A stretch of 64,000 nt of DNA from Eledone cirrhosa (Eukaryota). Shown here piece by piece: positions 37,879-51,357 of the stretch; within the stretch, counting starts at the first letter, position 1, and each line of letters begins with the position of its first letter. Position numbers and translations under genes: made by a program. The stretch spans positions 158,348,001 to 158,412,000 of the forward strand of contig OZ024741.1 in assembly GCA_964016885.1 (NCBI GenBank), in the 5' to 3' direction. The notes beneath the pieces are model-generated. The model saw nothing but the letters and a program-made list of their open reading frames with translations, searched no databases and was not told the DNA's origin.

Positions 37879-39345
37879 AGCGATTCTGCGGAGGTTACTG
37901 ATCTTATCGGCCTTTTCCTTCTTTTCTCTATCAAGGACGAATTCCCCAACGCGGGCGATGGTTTGTACCGTGATGATGGTCTTTTGACCATGACTAAGTG
38001 CGGCCATCGTGCTTGCGACAGGTTCAGAAAAGAACTCACAGCCTTCTTTAAAGGCTTCAACCTCTCTATACAGGTTGAGGCCAACCTCTCAGTCGTTAAT
38101 TACCTCAACGTTACCCTCAATTTATCAAATGGTTTGTATTACCCGTATAGAAAGCCGAATGATACGCTTAATTACATAAGTAAGCATTCCAACCATCCTG
38201 CCAGCATAACCAAGAACCTGGTAAGAAACGTTTCGTTGAGGCTTTCCCGTCTATCTACTAACGAGCATATTTTCAACGACCATTCCACTTATTACAATGA
38301 AGCTCTTGCTCGGAGCGGATTTGTCGATAAGGTAGCATATACAGAGTACGAGAATAGACCTAAAAGAAATAGATCCCGTCGCATTATATGGTATAACCCA
38401 CCATATAATATGGAGGTGGTCACACCATTAGCTAAGATCTTTCTATCCCTTATTACGAAGCATTTTCCCCCTACACATAAATATAGTAAAATTTTTAATA
38501 GAAATACTATTAAAATTTCTTACTCTACGACTCCTAACCTTGCACATAACATCACAGCTTCAAATTTAGCTAAACTACCTAGCCGTAGGAACACGTGCAA
38601 CCCTGTAGTTAGTACTAACTGTAATTGTAGGAATCGGGTTGATTGCCCCCTATCCGGGAAATGCCTCTCTAGTAACATTGTCTACAAATGTAAGGTTGAA
38701 ACACCCACGTCCCGTAGGGCCTACATAGGGTTAACCGCCTATAGATTCAAGCAGTGTCTTTACATGCATACCCATTCTTTTCGTTACCCTCTAAGAAGGA
38801 ATATGACGTCACTTTCAGCTTATATCTGGAGTCTAAAAGACAACCACACCCAATATAAGTTACACTGGGAGATCCTAGCTAGGGCTAGATCATATAACGG
38901 AAATAAAAGACCTTGTGACCTCTGCGCCGCTGAGGCCCTGGAAATACTCTACGCCACAGACCACATCTTAAACAAAAAATCTGAGGCAATTTCGGCTTGT
39001 AAACATAAATTGCACAAAACTTTCCTGTATTACAGCCCCACATTATACCCTAACGGATAGTACGATCTATACATGGATATTTTACGTCTTGATGTGGTAG
39101 CTAAGTATATGTTATGTTTATACCTTTACTTATTTGCATAGGTAAGTATATATTACCTGTATGTTTTGTGAAGGGAACGTTTCCACGAACCAAAGTATCG
39201 TCTTCCTGTCTTCCTCCGGTTGCAACGTTTTTTTTAAATATCCACTTCTGCGTTTACAGATTGACTTTGTTAGTTTCAGAAGATCCCGTTAAGGGTGAAA
39301 GCAGCGATTCTTTGCTTAAACTTTAATCTGTTATTTTAATAAATA
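37879..39345 (+). mobile_element. Penelope-like element (Hydra-clade-like), 5'-truncated, ORF open to 39060
   Basis: DSAEVTDLIG, YRDD, SNHP, WYNPP, CNCRNRVDCPL (CxCx5C), IVYKC..YIGLT, CDLCAAE; ends in (TA)n. Confidence 0.92.
39272..39322 (+). ncRNA. Hammerhead-like motif with CAGAAGA (U4->A) core in the PLE pLTR
   Basis: agttt CAGAAGA tccc-gttaa-gggt GAAA gcag-cgattct-ttgc TT aaact. All three stems form. Confidence 0.65.
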
Positions 39346-40429
39346 TATATATATATACAGTTCATCACCTCAGACATACATTGTTTGATTAATATAGAAT
39401 CAATTGTTTCTACCTACTCTGTGATTATTGCACTAGAAGGTCTGTAATGACACTTAACTCTGTAATAGATGAGGTTACCAGTTTGTAAATTGGTAAAGAT
39501 GTGCAGACAACAGCTGAAAAAAAAATCTGTCTCCTAAAGAAGAAGAAAAAAGTAGTTGTTATTCTACTACTACTACTACTACCTTAGGTAGAGGGGCATG
39601 TTTGAACATTATATTGCAGTACCCCCAACCCATCCAAATTCTTAAAGACTGGCAATGGGACTGTGACCTATCCTGGGAGGTGTGGGATGGACATACAAAG
39701 GTTTTCTTTTTTGTGCCATAAAATACTTCAGGATTCGATTTTTGCTCACCTTTGAGTTGAAGTCCCAATTACATCAGAGAGTTCCTTAGATATCTGAGAC
39801 AGTGTAGTTGTGACACATCTTTGAGTTCAAGTCCCAGGTACATCAGCCATTTCTTTAGATATCTGAGTCAGTGTAGTTGTGACAATAATTCTAGACCAGA
39901 ACTTTCCAAACGTTTCACAATAGAGACACATTTGTAAAAAAACATATTTTCCAAAACACATCATGTATGTACAACAATATTATGCATTTTGAGGCCATTT
40001 TCCTTGTTTTGTGTGGCCCCATACATCTTCAGAACAAATTCTTAGAATTTCTTCTATTTTTTCTTTTGTTTAAGGGAATCCCTAATCCATTCATATTGTA
40101 GAGCAACTCTACCTAAATATATGAAAGTATTATATCAACATCGTGGGCTAATACATATTGCAATGTATTGTAATATTTCTGGAGTAATTTGTACCTCTAT
40201 ATATGAAAATATTTTATTAACATTGCGGGCTAATACATACTGTAATGTATGATAACATTTCTGGGGTAGCCTGTTCCCAAATACTTGGTTGTATAACAAT
40301 GTGGGCTAACATCTATCACAATGTATGGTAATATTTTGGGATAGCCTGTTTCCAAATATTTAGTTGTATAAAAATGTAGGCTAACATGTATGATTGTATG
40401 AGAAAACTACTCTAATTTGTGCAGCTTAA

Positions 40430-40672
40430 CCCCTTTGATACCAAACTACCTGAAACTGCCTCTGGTTTTATAATACAAAATTGTTTGTCTTTATCTAAAA
40501 ACCTTTTATTATAATTTTATGTAAGAATCTTTGTTAAGTCATATTCTAAACACCAGCGTAATAACGAGAAAGTTAGTTACATTACTAAATCCATCCAAAA
40601 TTTTGATAATGTACCAAATTATTTGAAAACCATAAGCAGTGTCTTTCAGTAGAGATAAGGTAATGAAAAGGT
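40430..40672. mobile_element. piggyBac-like MITE, second family, degenerate
   Basis: TTAA|CCCCTTTGATACC ... GTAATGAAAAGG|TTAA. Related ends occur at ~47258, ~55378 and ~56345. Confidence 0.6.
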
Positions 40673-40748
40673 TAATGATTGATTGTGTGAGACCACTATA
40701 TGCTAACATCTACTTTAATGTATGATTGTAGGCTAACATGTATCTTAA

Positions 40749-40933
40749 CCCTCCAGCATTCTCTCACCTATTTCTGTTCAAATCAGTCACTCATACTGAT
40801 GTTAAGGTATTGTTCTCAAAATAAATAATATCAAAATCTCGTAGATTCAATGTTATGTGAGATAATTATGTGAGGTAAAGCCTTTACCATGAAAATTCAA
40901 TAGTAAATATAGAGTAATGTAAATGCTAAAGGG
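40749..40933. mobile_element. piggyBac-like MITE (same family as 14370)
   Basis: TTAA flanks; CCCTCCAGCATT / AATGCTAAAGGG. Confidence 0.8.
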
Positions 40934-41611
40934 TTAATGTATCGCTGTCTATCTGACAATGTGTATTGTGAGGGTAGAGCTGGAATATAAACACAAATAC
41001 TGAAATAAATTTTTATATCAAAACAAACAAATGAAAGATTTTATAAACAAATTTGACAAGTGAGGATTGTTGAATGAATAACTTTCTTGGAAGTAATATA
41101 TCATGAACTGAAACAGAGAGGGTCTCTGTTAAGAGTATACCTTATTTCTATCATTTGAAATGAAAATATAAATATCTCAGTATATAAAGACATAAATCTC
41201 TTTTATATCCACATAATCTCTATATATACAAAATGTCAGATTTTTACCAATAGGTATGTAGAGAAGTGGCACACACCAAAGAGTATGAAGTCAGCACCAA
41301 GTAAGGTGAGCTGCTGACATCACAGCAATTTTGGGTGCTATTAACTTCACTTCTTTTCACTGCTAGTGGAACCAGGGAAATGAATGAATGTCACACCTTC
41401 ATGTTTTTATATAAATATGTGATGTTGTGTCAATGATATGTACAGGAAAACAGACAATCTGCTGCTGTCCATTAATGTTGTTTATATGTGAGGGTTGGGT
41501 GGTGGGGTATTGGAATGAGAAGTTTTTGTGATGTTAATTTTTTTTTTATTTAAAAATATACAGCAGACATAGTAAGACAGTAGGGGAACCTGAGTGGGTC
41601 GAGAGAAGGTT

Positions 41612-41849
41612 TTAAAAGGTAACTTTTGTGTGAACTTTCTTGAAAGCTCGAGATATCCTCCATGCATTTGGTTCTTCATATTTGTTATAGAGAGGTTCAA
41701 TCTTCTGTTGCTTCTTCTGCTTGCTCAGTTTAGTGGGGTCAGAGAACTTGAAAAACTTGCAGGCAAACTCTACAAGCCACCGAGGGTCAATAGTAGTTAC
41801 TTCTCTCATATATTCCTTGGTAGTTAGGACCAATTCGTGGTAGACAACC
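41612..41849 (-). CDS. DHX8: ATP-dependent RNA helicase DHX8/PRP22, last coding exon
   Basis: (W)[28 protein letters not shown]...[19 protein letters not shown]...*; tag acceptor at 41850-41852. Confidence 0.95.
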
Positions 41850-42357
41850 CTAATAACAGACAAAAAGAAAAAAAAAACATTAGTTCACTTCTTGTATAAA
41901 TGGTTTAGAATAGGTTTACATGATATCAAAAACAAAAAAAAAAATGCTGTCAGGAAGAGCGTCTGGCTGCAAAACATTGCCCCAAACAGTTCTGCCCAAC
42001 CCAAGCTAGCATCGAAAAAAAATCAATGTAAAATTGATGACGATTTCATTGATTTTTAGGACATAACAGTTTCTGCCTATTAACCATGTTTTTAAAAATT
42101 AACATAAATATTTGGGTATAAGTAGCACTTTTACAACAAAAGTATGATGTGAAAAACCAGCAGTAAATGTTGTACAAAACATCAGTTCAAAACATGTGGT
42201 ACATGGTGAATGTTTGAATTGAAAATAGAGGTGTGACTTATCTACTAGAACTACAAAGCCTCAATTCAAAATATAACATACATTGTAAATGTTTATATGG
42301 AAATTGGAGGTGTGTCTTATATGTTGGTGCAACTTATACACCAGTATATATAGTAAA

Positions 42358-45300
42358 ATCATCATCATCGTTTAACGTCCATGTTCCATGCTTGCATGGG
42401 TTTGGACGGGAGTTTTCCCACTTGAGGCAAGAGTGGTTGTCTTGCTCGCATAGGACTGTCTGGCGGGTTTTCTACAGCTGGATGCCCTTCCTAACACCAA
42501 CCACATTTACAGTGTGGGGCTGGGAGGTTTTTACAGTGTTGCCTACACGGCCACATTACAGCTTGGACTGTCTGGCGGGTTTTCTACAGCTGGATGCCCT
42601 TCCTAACACCAACCACATTTACAGTGTGGGACTGGGAGGTTTTTACCGTGTTGCCTACATGGCCACATTACAGCGTGGACTGTGTGTTTTTTGTCGTGAC
42701 ACCTACACAATCTCATTTGTTTCGGCCTGGATGTTGTGGCACCAACATAACTTTACATTGAAAGGGGCGGTGTGGATGGGGTGGGGGTGGTGGGACGGGG
42801 GTGTATTTTGTTAGAGATGCCTACTGACTGTAGTAGGTTTTACTTTGTATTTAGGTAAGGCGGGTCTTCTCTATTACTGAGTACCGCCAAAGGTCTCGGT
42901 CCAGTGACATTGTCATGGAGAGGTGTAAGTGTGTGAGGTCGGAATTTATCAGCTCGTCCCAGGTTTTTCTGGGTCTGCCTACTCCGTGGCTACTATCTAT
43001 CTTTATTGCCCTGCACTTTGTTATACAGCTGTCGTCTTTCATGCGCATCACGTGACCATACCAACGTAGCCTTCTCTCGAGTAAACAACATCTGATCCCT
43101 CTTATATTTAATTTTTTCCTTAGTTCGTTTATGCTTTGCCGTTCACGTATATTACTATTACACATCCAGCGGAGCATGCAAGCTTCGTTCCTCTCTAGTC
43201 TGCGTATATCCTCTGCACACAATGCCCAGGTCTCACTGCCATGCAACATTGCTGTTCGTATGCAGGCATCATACAACCTGCCTTTCATTTTTAGGGAGAA
43301 CCCTTTAGCGGCTAATAATGGTATAAGCTCTCTGAACTTTTTCCATCCAGTTCTGACTCTAGCTACTGTACTTTCGGAGCACCCTCCCCCACTGCTGATT
43401 TTGTCACCCAGGTAACGGAAGCTGTCCACTATTTCTATAGAACCCTCTGCGCAATTGAAAGAGCTAGTATTTTGTGGGCACTTGCTGCTACTTATTGCAC
43501 CAGAGCACCGGCCACATGTAAAATCTGTGTTCTTAGTTAGCTTACCTGTGATCCCACTACATCTTTTATGCACCCATACTTTGCATCTGGGACATAAAAT
43601 GGAGTTTCTACCTACGCCTTTCCTACACACTGAGCATGGCCATTTCCCGGAAGGGACCGGCGCCTTATTTTCTTTCCTACAAACTAGAACTTTAGTCTTA
43701 GCCAGGTTAATTTTAAGGCCTTTTGATTCTAGGCCGTGCTTCCATGTTTGGAATTTCTTCTCTAGCTCGGCCATTGATTCAGCTATGAGCGTTAGATCAT
43801 CTGCGTATAGGAGTTCCCATGGGCAGCCGGTCTTGAACTCCTCTGTTATAGCCTGAAGGGCAATAATAAATAGTAGGGGGCTAAGAACAGAGCCCTGATG
43901 GACACCAACTTTTACGCTAAACTCTTCACTATATTCGTTGTTAATTCTAACCTTGCTGACTGTTTCTTTATACATGGCTTGTATAGCTCTCACAAGCCAT
44001 TCGTCAACACCTAGTTTTCTAAGAGCCCACCAGATAATGGAACGGGGGACTCTGTCGAAGGCTTTCTCCAAGTCGACAAAAGCTAAGTATAGGAGTTTAC
44101 TTTTAGCTAGGTACTTCTCCTGTAGTTGTCGTACAATTAAAAGAGCGTCTGTGGTACTTTTGCCTGACACAAACCCGAACTGCATTTCATCTAGATCAAT
44201 TCTCTCTCTGATTAGTTGCACTATTACTTTTTCCGTGACCTTCATGACCTGGTCGATTAATTTAATGCCTCTATAGTTACACCTATCTAGGGCGTCTCCT
44301 TTACCCTTGTAACAGTTAACGATGATGCTGCTACGCCAGTCCTTCGGAACAACCCCATTCTGTATGACTTGGTTTACTATCCGGGTGACCATGGTGTGTC
44401 CGACCGTACCAGAGGCTTTCAGCATCTCAGCAACTATTTCCGAAGGCCCAGCCGCCTTACCCGTCTTCATATCTTTGATTGCCTTACTTATTATACTACC
44501 TTCGACTAACACTGCTGGTCCCTCTATTGGGTCGATGTGGGGGAGACTGTCTTTCTCCCATTTATTCTCCTCATTTAGTAGCCTTTCGTAGTGACACTTC
44601 CAAGCTACCTTCTTATCAGCGTCAGTGATGGCAAGTACGCCATCATCGTTAAGTACACACTTCTCCCCGACAATATCACGGTTTTCCTTGACACATTGCC
44701 TAGCAATCCTGAACACCTCATGTTTTTGGTCCTCGCGTTGTAGAACATGCTTGAACTTTCTTTCCTCTGCTTCCCTTCTTGCGAATTACACTTGTCTCCT
44801 AGCTTCCCTCCTGGCCACTTGATAGTCTTCTCTACTTCCCCCATCCCGCCATGCTTTCCAAGCCTGCTTTTTGGCCTTGATTGACCCCTCCACCTTACTG
44901 TTCCACCATCATGTTACTCTCCTCCTGCCTACAGGCCTGCTCCAGCCACAGACTTCGTCTGCCGCCATCAGCAAGTTTGCTTTCAGGAATTCCCACTGTT
45001 CCTCTACCTTGTACGACTCTAATTGCTCTTCCTTACTGTCGAAAGCATCAAGTAATATGCTTTGAAATTTATTTCTGGCTGTGGGATCCTTTAGCTTCCA
45101 TATTTTTCTCCTGAGGATAGACCTCTTCTGCTGTCTAGTACGTCTCGTCCTGACTATGAGGTCGCTAATTATCAGTCTATGTTGGGAGGTGCATTCTTCA
45201 TGGGGGAGGGATTTAGTGTTTACAACAGACACTCTGTCACGTCTTCTGGTAAGGATATAATCTACCTGGCTGGTATGTTCCCCTGATCTGTAGGTGATCA

Positions 45301-46615
45301 AGTGATTGTCTCGTTTTTTGAAGTTAGTGTTACAGATAGTTAGGTTGTTTGCATCACAGAATTCCAGGATTCTGGAGCCTTCCTCGTTTCTAGTACCAAA
45401 CCCATAGCCTCCGTGGATTCCGTCATAGCCGTCACAATGTTGTCCAACGTGGCCATTTAGGTCGCCAGCAATAATTATATAGTGACTGTCGGTTATTTGG
45501 GAGGTAGTGAGCATCAGTGTCTCATAGAATCTGTCTTTTATAGCACCAGGCAGTCCGGATTGGGGCGCGTATGCAGATATTACTGTCACAGTAGTTCTGT
45601 TTAGAACAAGTCTTATTTTAATTATTCTGTCATTCACTCTATTTACATCTATTATCTTATCCACCCATTTTTCTGCTAACATGATTCCTACCCCCCCCCC
45701 GCCCCCCCCAATCCCATTGTCATTTCCCACCCAGAAAAGCTTATAGCAACGTTTTTTACCCACAATGAATCTAGCAGACCCCCCCCCCCCACCTGGTCTC
45801 TTGGATACAGCAAACATCAACCTCCTTACGTTCAAGCAATTCTACAACCTCGTTAGAGCGGCCTTTTAAGGTGCCTACGTTCATGGTACCAACTCTGAAG
45901 TTTTGGATTGTGTTTGGAGGATGGGGCGCAGGGATGGGTGAGGGGGGTGGGGTTGGGGTTGTGTTGGCCATCCGCGGCCGAAACAAAGAGGGGGGGGGGC
46001 CTTGCCCTTTCGTCCAGCAGCATGAGGTGAATTTGTCGTTATCTTTGGCATTGTCATCGAGTGTCCAGATTCTTCAGACTCTCCAGAAATTCCTTAGTCC
46101 ATCTATCATATCGAAAAGCAGCCAGTAGTGATAGCATAGGCCGTTGACTTTTGATTGGTCCAAATAGTAAAGGTGGAGAGTGGGGGCGGGAGGGAGGGAT
46201 ATGGAGTAGTTAGCAAAGAGAAGATTAATTTAGAACAAGCGTGGAGAAGATTAATTTAGAACAGTGAGACGGAATTATAGGATAGCAACGATTGTAGATA
46301 TATATGGATGAATGAACCAAGTTTTAGGAGACAAGAAGAAAATGTTCTATAATACATTACATTTTCGTAGAATCGACTGACAATTTAATAAGAGTTGACA
46401 AATTCTGAGGTTTTGTCCTTCGTAACATTCTTATTTATATTAGGAAGTGAGAGAGCGAGAGGGACGTATATGTTAGAGAGAGTGGGAGTAATAGCGATTT
46501 TGATGGGCGAGAGAATCTATTTTTATGAATCCTGGAAAATTTTTTTTTTCTTTTTCGGCCAAAATGGTAGCAAAGAGAAGATTAATTTAGAACAAGCGTG
46601 GAGAAGATTAATTTT
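42358..46615 (-). mobile_element. Near full-length RTE LINE in the last DHX8 intron, inactivated (5' boundary uncertain)
   Basis: APE, RT and PHD-like finger. Nonsense codons at ~44909 and ~44786 and a homopolymer frameshift at ~45780. A ~111-bp tandem duplication lies in the 3' UTR; (GAT)n tail. Confidence 0.92.
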
Positions 46616-47313
46616 CATGTTTGAACCACGTTTTGATTGGCTTGTTGTTATGGCTCACACCTGCATGATGTTGCACTCATAGGAGGTATTTAGGGTATTT
46701 TAATGATAGAGGGTGTCAGTCTTATCATGTTTCTGGTGACAAGAAGCTGGATTTGAACTCAGAATGCACAAAACTTGAACACATGCTACAAAGTGTTTTG
46801 TCCAATGTTCTAACAATTTAGTTAATTCAATGTCCTAGACTGGTACATTATTTACCAACAAAGTTGACCCTAGTGGGATTTAAACAAAAAATGCAGAGCC
46901 AAAATAATTTTCACAATGCATTTTATCCTATGGTTTAACAACTCTGTTAGATCTAGTCTAACAGATTTTATCTACTCGGGCATTTCAGAAAAAAAAAAGT
47001 TCTAATAATTTATAATCCATCTATTACTATATTTATAATGAAAATCACTGCCTATCATTTTCAATTAATTTTGAAAATAATCAGGAATTTGGAAGGATTT
47101 AAGGATTTAGTAATATAACTAACTTTTTCCTTTCTTAACAAAGGTTCTTACACAAAATTATGATGGACAGATTTTAGATAAATATAAACACTTTAAAAAA
47201 GAACAGCTTTGTACCGTTGAAAAAGGGGCAGTTTTAGGTAGTTTGGTATCAAAAGGGTTAAAATGAGAGAAAAGGTTGACTAGGGTAGTAACATAAAGTA
47301 GAAGACTACACAC

Positions 47314-47493
47314 CAGTCAGGTTGTCGGTTGAAAAGAGCACTGGACGGGTGTATATAAACCATCTGACTATCAACGAGAGTTCTGTAGCCTTCTTGGGGG
47401 TCTTTTTTAGCTGCGTTGCGAAAGAAACCACTGCAGATTGCTTTCTGTACATGTGCAGTATGTTTTCCACAGCTGACAACATCCAGTTTGTGC
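47314..47493 (-). CDS. DHX8: DHX8 exon (180 nt, phase 2-2)
   Basis: [10 protein letters not shown]...[21 protein letters not shown]...[14 protein letters not shown]; AG/GT boundaries. Confidence 0.95.
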
Positions 47494-48002
47494 CTGAGAG
47501 AGAGAAGGTTAGGAGATAAATTATAGAGAAAACACAAGACAGATGGTAAATTAGGTTAGAAGTGGTAATGTATTGAATGATGTATGTAAAAAAATATTCA
47601 GTAGGTTGTTAGTGTGGTAGATTTACTAAAATCCTGACTGGTTAGTAGTTAGAGGTTAGTAATTTGGTTTGGATAGATGGAAACTTTATGGAAGCCCATC
47701 AGATATATTGTACCTTGTCACAATGATTTGGCTTCACATTACATTATGGATATGTGTGTCTGTAGAATACTCATCAATTTACACACACGCACATATACTC
47801 CCTGAACTCCAAGCTACACACCATATTGAGTAACTTTACTCTAGACCCTTTGGAGGAATCCCATATATATATATATATTTGCTAATATTGGTAAATATGA
47901 AAATGAGTATTCAATACCATAGTAGAAATTAATCATTTATTAAGGCTGACCCAGTGGCCTGTTATTCTAGAGTTTCCCCTATTTATCAGACAGTTAAATA
48001 AT

Positions 48003-48186
48003 TGTTTCTACTTTAGGCACAAGGCCAGCAATTACCCAGTGCGTTACTGGTACTTTATTTCATCGACCCCGTAAGGATGAAAGGCAAAGTCAACCTCGGC
48101 GGGATTTGAACTCAGATCGTAAAGGGACATAACTATGCTGGAAAGCATAACGTCCGACCCTCTACCGATACTGCCAATCCGCCGCC
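48003..48186 (-). mobile_element. SINE family A with an 18-bp TSD
   Basis: ATCAGACAGTTAAATAAT at 47985-48002 and 48187-48204. Confidence 0.92.
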
Positions 48187-50316
48187 ATCAGACAGTTAAA
48201 TAATGAATACAAAAAAGGTGAAATTACCCTATGCCAAATTGAGTGAGGGGCTTGTGATAGATGATTAGTTGGGTTTCTTTGAGAAGGAGAAAAAGGAAAA
48301 AGACAGGGAGACAGAAGGTGGGGGAGAGTAAAAGAAAATCAACAAGGGATGAGGGGAAAATTGGAGATAAAGTAGAAGAGGAAGAAAGAGAGGGGAGAAC
48401 TGAAAGATAATAAAATAGAAGAGAAGGGGAAAAGAAAGAAACTGCAAAAAGCTGACCAGTGCCCAAATCTTCGTAAGACAGCTGCCCAAATATTTGTAAG
48501 TCAACAACAGACAGCTGCATTTTACCTTGTCAGCTACCTTGTTGGAGTGCAATTTTGCACATTTCACCATTTTTCAATAAACTTAAAGGCTTTAAAGTTA
48601 AAGTTTTGACTTTTAAAACTTTAAGTTTACTGAAAAAAAAAAGTTTGCTACCAAGACTGTGCATTTTTTTTTTTTGCTGATACTATATTTATATATGCAC
48701 CATTTTTTTTTAATAAACTTAAAAAAAAAATAAACTGCTATGTTTTTATTCCCATGACCACCCCCTCCTCTATTTCTCCTTTGTTGTCTCTCTTTCATTC
48801 TCTCCTAGTTTCTCTCATTATTGTTCTCTTCTCTAATTCCTTTCTGGCCTTTATCCCATCCTTGATAAGTAGCATACTTCTTTTTTTTTTCAGCCCTGCA
48901 ACCCAACTATATTTTCCTGATGAAAGTCAAATCTTTTTCAACTTTGAGCACATTTTATTGTGGTGCCATTACTATGATATTTCAACCCTAGCACACCTGT
49001 GTCTTCGGCTGGACTAGGAAGGCAGAGGTAGGAAAGGGTGGGGGAGAATGGCGTTTGGGCTGCCTGTTACTGGAGGGAAGGTTGGGATGACATTAGGGTG
49101 TGTGTGTGTGTGACATCTGGTGGTATGGAGGGTGAGGGGGTGAGTCTGGCTTTCTATGCTGATATAGTTGAGCAAGGAGGAAGAGAATTCAGGGATAAAG
49201 TTGGCTGTGTAAGTTGTGGGAAAGAGAGTAAGTGTTGGGTCCAAGGGTAGTGTTGGTAGAGAAAGAAAAAGAGTGAACAAGCAGCATCTGGCAGTACAGT
49301 GAAGGTGCAGTTACCTTTAGGAAGGAGTCTGGGATGTGATCAAGTGTGTGAGGGTAGACTTGGAGAGAGGAATAGATAGTGAAGTGGGGGGGGGAGGTGA
49401 TGGAAGAGGCAGCCTAAGTGTTGTTACATTTTTCTGCCTTTTACAGCCATTCTCCCCATGTTTGTGGAGTCAGGAATATGAATGAGCAGAGACTAAACGA
49501 GTGGGGGAGATGGTGAGGAAGGGAGTGGCTGTCTAAGTGTTGTTACTTCTTTCTGCCTTTTACAGCCTTTCTCCCTATCCTTGTTTGTGTAGGGATGAAT
49601 TTTGTGTAGGGATGAGTTTTCTGTAGTATGGCACACCACAGTTGACTCAATCATGTGTCATCTCCTCTGTGTGGTCCAACTTTTTATGGTTAACTTTTAC
49701 CATATCATCTCACGTTTTTCTAGGTCTTCCTCTTCCACAGTTTCCCTCAACTTTGAGTGCCCTGAGTTGGGAGGACCCTTCAGTTGTGTCAAGGACATGA
49801 TAATATCCCTAGTGTTAGAGATTTACATGATAAACTCACCTAGTATACATTGTAAAGTGGTTAGTGGTAGAGACGGCATCCATAGAAATCTTGCCAGTTA
49901 GGAGGACCCTCAGTTGTGTCAAAAGCATGACAACCTTTCCTGAGCACTTGATGGAACGTGAGACCGTACATAAGTGAGACACAGGTCCCTGGTCTGCTTG
50001 GGAGATTAGTGGCTTCGCCTCAATACTGACTTGGTTTATATGGACCCGGCCAACCATTGCTAGCAGGTAAAGCGGATGTTACGATGATGATAATATATAT
50101 ATATATATAAAAGAGTTTAAATGAGTTGGTAATACAACCATATAAAAGCAAAGAATATTTTAAAGCTCAATGTGATTTTATAGTCCACAGCAAGATAGGT
50201 AAAAGACAGTTCAGAATTGAATCCAATTGGTAATTTCCAATTGCAGTAGTGTTATATCACAGAGCATATATACATAAAAAATAAATATAACAAGTATTTA
50301 AATTAAATCAGTTAAT

Positions 50317-50384
50317 TGATTTATGAGTGTTTCGTTATACTAACTAGAATATTCATTCCTATTAGAATAAGCTCATCAGAATCG
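50317..50384 (-). ncRNA. Hammerhead motif (stem III degenerate) in an AT-rich pLTR-like insert within a DHX8 intron
   Basis: Minus strand: gatt CTGATGA gcttattctaatag...ctagttagtataac GAAA cactcata aatc. Confidence 0.6.
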
Positions 50385-51357
50385 AATAAATACAAATAAT
50401 ATTTACCTTACATACCCATGAATTACAGTGGAAGGGTGAAAAAATATAAACAATAGCATTCAAATATTGTTGGGAAAAACGTTAAAAGTTTATGGAAGCC
50501 TAAAGACATAATTAAAATTTAACAGTGATAAAAAATAAATATAACATTCAATAACTATAAATATTATACAAACTATCATACATTTATACACATATTTTAC
50601 TCACTAAATTAGAGGTATAACACTTATTAACTGAAGTTATAAAATTAATATTATTAGAATATATTAAGAAAAACAATAAAAATTTATGGAAGCATAATGC
50701 AGTAATAAACATATCTATAATTAAGTGATGGTTTAGTTATAAAGAAACGTATAACTTAAGATGTATTAACAGAGGACATAGACTAATTTCAGAATAAAAT
50801 AGTGATTATAATATAGCATAAGTATACACATATATATACCAATACATACGTACATAAATATTACACCCACACATACACACAGGTATGCAAGCGTGGAAGA
50901 TGGACGTTAAACGATGATGATGATGATGACGATGATGATGATGATGATGATGATGATACATACATAGATACACAACCATAAATATACATACATACACACA
51001 CACATAAATAAATATGAATTAAAATTTCAGTTCATTAACTTCAAAAGTCTAAAACCTTATAAGATGATTTAACCTATAGGCAGGGTATAAAAGATATATG
51101 AGATGACTATTCAAAGTGTTATTAAATACCTAAACAGGAATATCAATAGGTATATTTAATCAGGGTTGAGGATTTAGTAAAAGAATGTGTGAACAGTTCT
51201 ATGTGGATAAGAAGGTATTATCTAGGTTAAATTATCTTTGGGACTGAACCCGAAACCAAATGGTTGTGAAGTGAAATTTTTTCCCACATAGCCAGGTCTG
51301 TGCCTATCTAAGAAAGGAAAATGAAAACAAAGTTAAAATTGCAAAATAAAAATAAAA

